From the NCBI GenBank assembly GCA_964016885.1, contig OZ024760.1, positions 13,702,001 to 13,766,000 of the forward strand: DNA of 64,000 nucleotides, in the 5' to 3' direction. Numbering within the stretch: position 1 is the first letter of the stretch; each line of letters starts with the position of its first letter. The DNA is from Eledone cirrhosa. Taxonomy: Eukaryota. The translations under genes and the position numbers were made by a program. The notes beneath the pieces were generated by a model, which worked only from the letters and a program-made list of their open reading frames with translations, made no database searches and had not been told where the DNA came from. Of the stretch, positions 42,369 to 54,934 are shown one piece after another.

Positions 42369-45300
42369 TATATACACACACACACATTCAACAATACAAT
42401 TTCTCTTGGAAATAATAAGAGATCTTTCAGAATCAGCTGCCATAACACATTCTACTGTTCCATTATTCCATTTTGTTTTTTGTTCTTTTTTTTTTTTTTT
42501 TTCCATTCCACTTAATCTTGACATTAAAATTACCATCCATGTCTTTAAATAGACTTTAGAATAAAGACACTGGTTTAAGTCTTGGTCTCATTGGTAAACA
42601 CAATACTGTTAGAGTTTAATATAATTGATGTGTATATATACACACAGACAGATATTACTCACAGACATACACATACACACACAGCCAGACACACATACAC
42701 ACAGGTTGTGTGGTTAAGATCACTAACAATCCTGTCAATCCGTACTGGTACTTTATCTTATTGGACTGGGGATGTTAAACTTTATAGTTTTTTTAGTTCA
42801 AATGCTATAAAGTTTGAATCTGTCTGCTGTTAGGTTTGAAAGCTGGTTATTTGGAAAGATAACTAAACCGAAGGTTCTTATGTGGCCAAATGGTAAGGGT
42901 GTCAGAGTTACGATTATAATCTTGAGGGTTTCATTCCTGGACTGTGTTGTAACTTGAGTTCTTGAGAAAAACACTTCATTTCACCTTGCTCCAGTACACT
43001 CAGCTGAAAATAAGTACCAGCAATAGCTGAAGGTTTAGCCCTGTGGTGTCCTGTCCAGGGAGGAGTCTTGTACTCTGTCACTTCACACCTTAGAAACTGA
43101 TGAGCTTTCTGGCTAAAGACAGATTTTAGACTTTTTAGATGACATGGTCCCATAACTTCTGAGGGAGTCATAGGGGCGTTGTAGTGGTATATGGCTGTTT
43201 CTTAGCCATTTCTTTAATCTTGACAGAGCCCCTCTCCTCTCCAGGCCAGAGTACAGCAGATTTCTTATATCATCATCATCATCGTTTAACGTCCATCTGC
43301 CACGCTTGCATGGGTTTGGATGGGAGTTTTCCCACTTGAGGCAAGAGTGGTTGTCTTGCTCGCATAGGACTGTCTGGCGGGTTTTCTACGGCTGGATGCC
43401 CTTCCTAACACCAACCACATTTACAGTGTGGACTGGGAGGTTTTTACCGTGTTACCTACACGGCCACATTACAGTGTGGACTGTGTTTTTTTTTTGTCGT
43501 GACACCTACACGACCTCATTTGTTTCGGACTGGATGTTGTGGTACCAACATAACTTTACATTAAAAGGGGTGGTGTGGATGGGGTGGGGGTAGTATAATA
43601 TGGCTTATTCATCTTACCTTGCTTTTCTAAATGGGAAAATTGTATCATTATTATAATATGCGAGCTGACTAAGGTTTATATTGTAAGTATATTGTCTTTA
43701 AGACACTGTCTATGATAACTTTAAGGCACGGCTTATGATGAGTTGAAGATAGTTTATCACTTTAAGTTACTGTCTATGATCATTTTAAGATACTATTTAT
43801 GGTGACTTCAAGATTCTCTTTATGACCAAGATATGGTGAGATTTAAGATACAGTTGATGGTCATTGTTCGTGTGTTTTTTTTTATTGTCTGTTTGAGAAA
43901 TTCAATCATTAACACCATAAAAGTTGTTGTGGTGTGAAAGTTGTTAAATTTCCATGGAATCTGCACAGCTCACTTCTTTCAGTAAAGGAAAAAAAGAGAA
44001 AAAAAACATCTCCATAGGATCTCTCTCCATAATCTCCTTGGAATCTCTGTGAAATGTGTTTAGGACTAGTGTCAATGTTTTTCTAGAGATGCTGGTGCCT
44101 GTTCAGCAGAGATTACCAAGAAAAATATCTGGACCGAAAGCTCATAATTATGGTAAGTGCCAGCCTAGTAAAGTTTGCTAAAGTCCTCCTTTCTAGGAGA
44201 TTAGTTTAAATAATCACTTAAATAAAGGTAAGTATATCTATTTCAGCTCCCAAAGAGATCAATATTTGTCTGTCTGAACATATGTGTGCATTGTTTAGCC
44301 ACCTATATATATGTATATATATATACAATATTATATATATACATATCGCAAGTAGCTTTTTTGTTGTTTTTTCCAAAATATGTTGTCTCAGTTGTTTGAT
44401 GTTGTTGTTGCTGCTTTCCCTCACTTTTCTATGATTTGTATTCCTGTCATGCTTCAGTTATCTAGGAGATGCTTTAGTATTTAGAGGAATGGCCACTCAA
44501 ATATCACATACTCTAAAATATCACATCTCACTCTGTAAGACACATCAACACTCTCTAAGACGTCTCAACACTCTCTAAGACTTAACACTTTATAGCTAAT
44601 CATGTTAACACGTATAACAATTTAAACACATATGCTTGTTTGTCTTCCAGACTAAAAAAAAATGTAATTTCACGGTAGATTCCTTATAAAGACAAAGTTT
44701 TTCTACAGTTGCTCTAATAATTTCCCATTCATTTCAAAATTTAAGTTGTTTGGAATATAACTTAATAAAGGTTCTTATGATGGAAGGCTTTTAGAACAAT
44801 ATAAAAACTTTAAAACAAACATTTTTCTATCATAGAACCAGGTGTGGTTTCAGACAGTTTTTGTTTTTGTATCAAAAGGATTGAATTAAAGTGAGAAATA
44901 TAGTAAGGCAAGGGTTAAACTATATAAAATGAAGTTTATGTTCCTTACATTTAATAGTGGCTTCAATTTGTTGTCTATAATAGCTGCAATGATGTTTTTG
45001 TGAGATTCCTTGTTTATTGGGCCTTCTATCAATCTGCTACTCTGTGTCAGGGCGGAATTGAATGGCTTTGCTGCATGGTCAACTGAGCAATATGAACAGT
45101 CTTCTATATTTGGTGGACAATCTACTAGCTTTAAGTTGTTGCTATTGTTGTGGTTCTTTCACCTTCTCTGGCTTTATTGCTCTTGTCCCCTCTCCACACT
45201 AACTTGCTGTGCTTTTATTGTCTTCAATATTGTAAACACTCCACACTGATTTTTCTCATATATATGTATGTGTATGTGTATTTGTCCACTCTCAAGAGCT

Positions 45301-45496
45301 TGAACCTAATAAACCTTTATTTGTCTGCCTCTCTGTTTTTGTTCCCGTCCAACTTTTCACTATATATATATGTATATATATATATATATGAGTGTGTGTG
45401 TGTGTGCATATAGTAATGTTGTAAACATTAGCTCTATATAGAGAGATGTCATCACCAACTAGGTGAAACTCCTATTGTAAGTAACTGCCACTTATT

Positions 45497-45579
<83 letters not shown>

Positions 45580-48500
45580 TGTTAATCATTCACTGAATTT
45601 TAAAAAATAATTTTGTGATTTCTATTTAAAATAAAGTAATTTTTGTTGTTTTTCCAGTGAAGGTATTGACAAATACAATATAACTTTACTATTTCAGCTT
45701 CTTTCACAATTGTTCAGACCACATAACAGTTGAAAGTATTAGTATAGTTAAAAACTAGTGCATGTGTCGATACTGAATACATACGACATTCTATTACCAC
45801 ATTTTATACATACTAAATTATATATATATATACCACACTGTATTACCACACTTTATACATACTAAATTATATATATACCACAATGTATTACCACACTTTA
45901 TACATACTAAATTATATATATACCACACTGTATTACCACACTGTATTACCACACTTTATACATACTAAATTATATATATACCACACTGTATTACCACACT
46001 TTATACATACTAAATTATATATATACCATGGGAACTCCTATATGCAGATGATCTAACGCTCATAGCTGAATCAATGGCTGAACTAGAGAAGAAATTCCAA
46101 ACATGGAAGCATGGCCTAGAATCAAAAGGCCTTAAAGTTAACTTGTCTAAGACTAAAGTTCTAGTTTGTAGGAAGGAAAATAGGGCACCGGTCCCATCTG
46201 GGAAATGGCCATGCTCAGTGTGTAGGAAAGGAGTAGGCAGAAACTCCATTTTATGTCCCAAATGCAAAGTATGGGTGCATAAAAGATGTAGTGGGATCAC
46301 AGGTAAGCTAACTAAGAATATAGATTTTATATGTGGCCGGTGCTCTGGTGCAATAAGTAGCAGCAAGTGCCCACAGAATACTAGCTCATTCCATTGCACA
46401 GATGGTTCTATAGAAATAGTGGACACCTTCCGTTACCTGGGTGACAAAATCAGCAGTGGGGGAGGGTGTTCTGAAAGTACAGTAGCTAGAGTCAGAACGG
46501 GATGGAAAAAGTTCAGAGAGCTTATACCACTATTGGCCGCCAAAGGGTTCTCTCTAAAAATGAAAGGCAGGCTGTATGATGCCTGCATACGAACAGCAAT
46601 GTTACATGGCAGTGAGACCTGGGCATTGTGTGCAGAGGATATACGCAGACTGAAGAGAAACGAAGCTTGCATGCTCCGCTGGATGTGTAATAGTAATATA
46701 CATGAACGGCAAAGCATAAACGAACTAAGGGAGAAATTAGGAATAAGAGGGATCAGATGTTGTTTACTCGAGAGAAGACTACGTTGGTACGGTCATGTGA
46801 TGCGCATGAAAGATGACAGCTGTATAAAAAAGTGCAGGGCGATAAAAATAGACGGTATCCACGGAGTAGGCAGACCCAGAAAAACCTGGGACCACTTGAT
46901 AAATTCCAACCTCACACACTTACATCTCTCCAAGACAATGTCACTGGACCGAGATCTTTGGCGCTACACAGTCATACAGAAGACCCGCCTTGCCTAAGTA
47001 CAAAGCGAAACCTACAGTCAGTAGGCACCTCTAACAAAATACACCCCCACCCCATCCACACCACCCCCTTAAATGTGAAGTTATGTTGGTACCACAACAT
47101 CCAGTCCGAAACAAATGACGTCGTGTAGGTGTCATGACAAAAAAAACACACAGTCCACGCTGTAATGTGGCCGTGTAGGTAACACGGTAAAAACCTCCCA
47201 GTCCACACTGTAAATGTGGTTGGTGTTAGGAAGGGCATCCAGCCGTAGAAAACCCGCCAGACAGTCCTATATGAGCAGGACAACAAATCTTGCCTCAAGT
47301 GGGAAACCTCCCGTCCAAACCCATGCAAGCATGGAAGATGGACGTTAAACGATGATGATGATGATAATGATGTTGACCACACTGTATTACCACACTTTAT
47401 ACATACTAAATTATATATATACCACACTGTATTACCACACTTTATGCATACTAAATTATATACATACGACACTGTATTACCACACTTTATACATACTAAA
47501 TTATATACATACGACACTGTATTACCACACTTTATACATACTAAATTATATACATACAACACTGTATTACCACACTTTATACATACTAAATTATATACAT
47601 ACGACACTGTATTACCACACTTTATACATACTAAATTATATACATACCACACTATATTACCACACTTTATACATACTAAATTATATATATACCACACTAT
47701 ACACAGCACTCTCCTTATTCTTCACTCTACTCTCTTTTCTGTATTGCATATCACAATTTTCCATTATGCGTTTTACTCCTAGATATATATGCGCATGTGT
47801 GTGAGTATATATATATATATTTATTTCTGCATATACATACATATATATCTGTAAGTATGTATATGTACATATATATATATATGCACACACACACACACAC
47901 ATATATACACACACACATATTACTGATTCTTGAGTTACTTTTTATGATTTATTATTAATGTTGTCTCTAGTGAAACAATTATGAATGTTAAAAATTATGG
48001 GTTCCAGCTCTGTCAACCCTTTAGCATTTAAACCGTCCGTATCCGGCCAGAATTCTCTTACCTCTTTTTGTTCAAACCGTCTGTAACTGGCCACTGATAC
48101 TGATGTTAAGTCATTATTCTCAAAATAAATATCAAAATCTCATAGATTCGATATTATGTGAGGTAAAGCTTTTACTGTGAAATACAATAGTAAATATAGA
48201 GCAATGTAAATGCTAAAGGGTTAAATGTGTAAAACTGAGGGGTTTCTGCCTAATTTATTTGATAGTTTACCTATATAATCTAGTTATAAGATTGTGTAAT
48301 TTCTAATGCTCCTCTGCTGAAGACAAACATATGGGATGGACTGTATCGTCCTTGCTCCAACCTGTTGGCTTGTCTTTACTTTTTCTTCACTAGGTTTGTG
48401 TTCAAGCTCGACATACCGATGTCGATCTCACCCTTCAGTTTTGTGCAGAGCGGACCTCTGGGACGTCTTTCGCTTATGTTCTCCGGGTAAATTCTCTTCC

Positions 48501-51500
48501 TTCCTCTCTCTCTCTCTCTCCTTCGCTCAATGGCACTTTGGTCTTGATTTAACTGCTGCATCTGCTATAGAACAAAGCGAATCCATACGAAGCTCTGCAT
48601 GATAGCCTCTAGTGCCAAAGATAACTTAATCAGCATTATCCTCAACCCCCTCCCCACACCCTTTTTTATTTTCTTGATTAATGAATACACAACTGTCTAT
48701 TTTCAATATAAAGATTTGGGAAGGGGGCACTACTAGTAAAATATCTGTAATAACTAGATCAATGTAATGAATAGGTCACTAATGACTAGGCTGGTGTAAT
48801 GACTAGGTCAGTGTAATGGCTAGGTCGGTGTAATGAATAGGTCGGTGTAATGAATAGGTCACTACAACTAGTCAAATATTGGAAATAACTGCTCATCATT
48901 AATCCAATGTTTGGAACCTAACTTAACAAAGGTTCTTACATAAAATTATGGTGAAAACTTTTTAGATAGTAAGCTGCTTATTCTAAACTTTATTATCTAT
49001 CATAAACCCAAGTATGGTTTCAGGCAGTTTGGTCGCAAAAGGTTTAATCATTGTATAATGAGATTTTCATTGAGATACAAATTAAATATAAACAGTTTAG
49101 TACTTGTTCTCTCTAGGGGGTTGCTGGTCAGTTTAACCTTTTTGCTACCATATTTCTAATGAAAGACACTGCCTGTGTATGATTTTCAATTAATTTTGAA
49201 TATAATGAAGAATTTCAACAAATTTAGTAAAATAACTTTTTCATTTTTAAGCTGGTGTGTGAAACAACAAAATTTTCTTGTCTAATGGGAAATGATGATA
49301 TAGGTTTGAAATATGAACACTTTAAAGCAAATAGATCTTATAGAACCATGGGTGGTTTCTGGTATTTTAATATCAGAAGGGTGTAAATAGTTGAACTATT
49401 TCTCAGGCTTTTTGCTTGTGGCTGAACAAACCTACCTCAGTCTAATCAGCTATCACTGCTCCTCTTTGTGCCAATCTTGGTCATCTCAAGTGCCTCAACT
49501 CCAAAAGCCATGTCATGTTTATTAACCTGCTTTTATTATATCACTGTAATGAGGATTGGCAGAATTGTTAGTCAAATCGATGGAAGTACACTGCAGTATT
49601 GTTGTTATGTTCTGGCTTCAAATTCCGCTGAGGTCAACTTTGCATTTCATCCTTCCAAGGTCAATAAAATAAAAATACCAGTCAAGTACTGGAGTTGATT
49701 TAATTCACCTCCTTCTCTTCCTCCAATCAAATTGCTGGCCATATGCCTAAATCAGAAGCCATTATCACTGTACCTTACTTCCCTCAAGGTAAGTTGCAAT
49801 CAATTCAAGCCACATTTGTCCACTTGTCATCAGTACCATTTTAATATATATTAGGTATAAATCAAAGTTGTGGCTGCAATATAGCAGATACAAATCAAAT
49901 TGAGGCAGTCACAAAGCACTCACTGGTATGAAAAGTTAATCAATTTATCACCCAGAGTAAACTGGTGAAGTTATATAAGTGTGATACCATGTATCGACTA
50001 AGTGTTTGTAGCGCTAGTATACAACTACAATAACAAATATAAGCAGGTAGAAGACTAACCTGGATTGGTTCAATCCAGTTTCTGGGACTCCAAGAAAAGG
50101 GCATTATGAGTACAATATGCAGATGCAAGCTGTAAGTGCACTTGACAGTTTTTATATAATGAACTGCAGTCTTTTTGTCAGGTGTTCATTCGATAAAATC
50201 GGCTGTCAGTTCTGTCACAAAATATTAGGAAAATAATAAACAGTTCTGCAGTATCATGGGATCTGTCTCAAAAGAGGAAGGTCACATGACAGAACTTTAG
50301 GCAGGTAATTCAAGGAGTAAACAAATGGATTTTCACAACCCCATATATATATATTATACATATATATATATATCATCATCATCATCACCGTTTTACGTCC
50401 GTTCTTCCACGCTAGCATGGGTTAGACGGGGTGTCCTGTTGTGGGCAGTGTCTGGTCGGCTGACCATGCCTTGCTCATACAGGAACTGATTTGGCTTGAT
50501 TTCTACAGCTGGATGCCCTTCCTAACACCAACCTCATTTACAGTGAGTGCTGGGTGCTTTATCGTGGTGCCTACACGTCCACTTTACAGTGTGGGCTGGG
50601 TGCTTTTTTGCCGTGGCACCTCCACGACCACCTTGCAGTGGGAGGGTGTGGGGGCATATTGTCTATATGCTTCAGCTTGTACCCATGGGAGGTCGGGTAC
50701 TCTGTATTACTGTGTGACGCCAGAGGTCACGGTCGTGTGTCATCGCCTTTGAGATGTGTAATTGGGTAAGGTCGGCTTTTATCACCTCATCCCAGGTCAT
50801 CTTGGGTCTCCCCACTCCACAGTTTCCATTAACTTCTAATGCTCTGCACCTTTTTATGCAGCTGTCATCCTTTATATTATCCTCATCATTGTTTTACGTC
50901 TGTTTTTTTATGATTTCATGGGTTAGACAATGTGTATATATGTGTATACACATACACAAGGATCGTTTGATGAAAATTCCATGGTGCTGTTTGTTCTGAC
51001 TCTTAACATTCTGAGTTCAAATCCTGCCAAAGTTAATTTTGCCTTTCATTGAAATAAAGTACCAGTCAAATACTGGGATTGATTTAATCAACTTTAACCT
51101 TCCCCAGAAATCAGTACAATAAATAATCACCCAATACACTATGTAAAGTGTTTGTTGATAGGAAGGACCAGGAAGACTCTTCAGATGTGACAAGTACATG
51201 GCAACTTGCGTAGTATTGGGTGCTATGATAAAATACCCTCCTCAGTAGGGCATGGTACAGTATGTTGGACATCCAGCCCTTTAGGAGGTCACAAGTTCTA
51301 CTTAAGTACTACCAGTCTATTATGACACATCTAACATTTGCTAGCAGTGAAAGTGGTCATGAAATGATGATGCTGATGATGATGACCTTGTGATGGTGGG
51401 GGTCCAGAGTGAAGAAGGTTCCATTAGGTGTGGAGTTACTGGTCATGATGTTTACAGTAGAATGGTCTCTACTAACACTCAATGGATCAGGCCATCTTTA

Positions 51501-54500
51501 CTTATACATCGACATATTGTACCATTGTTATTGCAAGCTTAGAAGTACATCGTTTATTTTGTGCTGTGTAGGCACATGTGTGTGTGTTTATTCATTTGTG
51601 TATATATGAGTATGCATGTGTTATTTGTGTACGTGTGTGTGTTTGTGTATTCTGTGTGTCTATTCATTTCTGTATATATGAGTATATGTATGCATGTGTT
51701 ATTTGTGTGTGCGAATAACACCATTGTACTTATTGAACTTTCTGGTGATCATCATCATAATCATCTGGCTGCTTTTGCTGCATACATGCACAAACATATT
51801 TCAAACTAAAACATGTAAGTAGTGGTGGTCGTTGTTATGATGGTGATGTTGGTAGTAGTAGTGGTGGTGGTGATAATAGACCACAAAAAAATTGAGAGAG
51901 ATGAAGATGCAATTCAAGGAGAGAATTATTGATCTGTCCCAATAACCCATTGATCTTCTCTATATATTGATCGGACACTAATAACCACAGTCCTACAGAG
52001 TCCACACTTATATATTTGTGTTGTGTCACAAGCCAACCTGGGAGTCACTAAATGGTTGCTTGGTTTGCTAGAAACAGCAGCCAGGTTTCCTACAAATTAT
52101 ACCATGTTGTCATAAAAGAGGAAGGATATGTGGAATTATGTCTGACTATTATTGGGGTTGGTCATGGTTGGATCATCCAGTTTGACCCACCACCACCATG
52201 ATTTATTCAATAATTGTATGTCTGTTCCAAACCTAAACAGAATGGGTAGAGCATCGTTCAAAATACCTTGTGATATTTGACTACGTTCTGAGTTTAAATC
52301 CCAAATTCCAACCAGGAATATACTTTACCTTTTTATTTCATATGTTTATAAACTATGCATGAGTGGGTATATTGTTGTAACTGATGACTATGCTTTTAAA
52401 GGAAGTGCCCCAGCATGGGCTACAGGCCAGTGATGTAAATCAAGCCTACTATGTAAGGTGGTAGTGTTGGTGCCACACAAAAAGCACCCAGTCCATTCTG
52501 TAAAGTAATAGAGCTGGTGCCACACAAAAAGCACCCAGTTCGTGCTGTAACATGGTAGTGGTGGTGCCATGACAAAAAGCACTTTGCTCAGCAGTAAAAT
52601 AGTTGGTAATAGGAAGGGCATCCAGCCTGAAAAACCTTGCCAAAAATATGAATCCAACCCATGCAAGGGTAAAAATAATGATGTTATGTATATATATGTT
52701 TGTTTGTTTGTGTAAAAAAAGTAACTGGAAACAACATAATACAATGAAGAAATTCATTAATTTAATACTTGGAGAAAAAAAGATGAAATTGAAAGAGAGA
52801 TTTGGGACAGGCTTTTGAAGGTCGTGTGTGAATTTTAATTTTCTTTGTGTGGTATGGGTCTGGTGGTTGAGGGTGGATAGCTTTGGTTTGTCCTAGATGT
52901 ATTTACAGTCACATTTAGATAATGGACAGTCTTGAAAATACACTCACATATACACAGCCACACCTACATGCGTGCTTGCACACACATGCACAAACCCTAC
53001 CCACTCAGCACACACAACCACACATACATGTGTGCTCACACACTCACTCACTCACTCTGACATGTGTGGTTACATACACAAACACACATTCACTCTTATA
53101 CATGTACCCAACCACTACCCACACTGCACACATACATACACAGTTCCCTGCACTTGCAAACACATCACTCCTCATACCCACACACACCCCTTCACACCAC
53201 ACAAAGGGTTGATAACACTACAGTGGATGTTCCTTAATTTTGAGAAAACATTTGTTACACTGATGAGCACTCCATAAGGCTTGAAACAAGCCATATCATC
53301 TGTAGAACAAAGATTCTATTAAAATATACAAGTTCTACATCTTAATATATCTTTTTACTTTTATTTTGTTTTGCAAAATACATTGATGAGAAATAAATAT
53401 ATTTATCAATTATTTTAAGAATTCTGAACTTAACCATCATTTATATTTTGTCTTAACCTTTAACACCCTGTAGTGAATTGTTAATTCAAATGTTTATAGT
53501 TGACAGATCTTTCTAAATGTTTGCAGTATTAGAGCAAATACTTCAATATTTAATATGATAGTGTACTTCTCAAGAATGTCTTGTTTGTGTAGTTACTTAG
53601 TTCATTCTTAACATTCTGTGATGGTTTAGTAGAAAATATCTAAAAACAAGTTTGTTAATTCGAATCTTTATAGTGTCTTTATTAATAGATAAATGTTGAT
53701 GAACATTTGTAGTATTAGAGCAAGGACTTCAATTATTTGTTAATGTGATGCAGTCATAAGTGCTGCTTTTTTTTCCTTAAGACTATCTTGCTAATGCAGT
53801 TGTGTGCAATACAGAACATTAATTCTTAACATTCTCTAATGATTTCATTTAACAGAATATATCTAAATAAAAAAAAAAAATAAAATGTGCTTGTTAATTC
53901 AAATGATATCTTTAATAGTGTACAGATCTATATGAATATTTACAATAGTAGAGCAAAGACTTTAAATTAATGTGATGCAATAACACTCTTCTGTACTTTT
54001 TAAAAATGTCTTGTTCATGTTATTTTATATATTATTAGAGTAACTTGAATGTTTAATGTGATACAATCATAGTTATGTCTTGTACTTTTCAAGAATGTCT
54101 TACTAATTTGGTGACATTCATTATCTATATTCTTTATATATTTTTAAATCTAAATAATTACAAATAATCTTGTGAACATGTTGAATTGCAAAATTTTATT
54201 TTAATCTTTTTCTTCTGTACAGGTGTGATTTTCTTTTTTTGTTATGTTGTTGAGTTTTGTTCAGGTGAGGCTATCAGATGATATATTGATGTCTGTGCAT
54301 CAGCAAAAACCAAGTTTACAGTAAAAAGAAAAAAACAATAGCAGCATCTACCTTCTTAATGTCACTGTTCACAATTATTATCTTTTATCTTGGGCGGTGG
54401 ATTGGCAGTATCGGTAGATGGTCGGACGCCATGCTTTCTAGCATAGTTACGTCCCTTTACAGTCTGAGTTCAAATCCCGCGGAGGTTAACTTTGCCTTTC

Positions 54501-54897
54501 ATCCTTACGGGGTCGATAAAATAAAGTACCACTAATGTACTGGGTAATTGCTGGCCTTGTGCCTAAAGTAGAAACAATTATTATTTTTTATCTTGTGTAA
54601 TTATATTTATGTAAATTTATGCAAATGTATCTGTAAGAATATTCCTTTGTAGAAAGAATAGCCATTTAAAGAAGAAAAAAAACTTTACTGAATTTGTTGT
54701 TTGTTTGTTTTTTTGTTTTTTTACCTCCGTTTGGGGTTAAGTCCTCAACTCCAATCCTTCCAAAGTCAACTTTGCTTTTCAACCCTTTCAGGGTTGATAA
54801 AATAAAGTACCAGTAATGCACTGGAGTTGATATTCTCAACTTTTCCATCACCACTCACACAAAAAGAAATAGGCAGCCTTTTGCCTAAATTGAAAAC

Positions 54898-54934
<37 letters not shown>

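Noticed and set aside
45782-47804. Regular repeats resembling a CRISPR array, and ORFs with 15-aa periodicity
   Set aside because: The units are contiguous with no unique spacers, the context is a eukaryotic intron, and there are no cas genes. It is a minisatellite.
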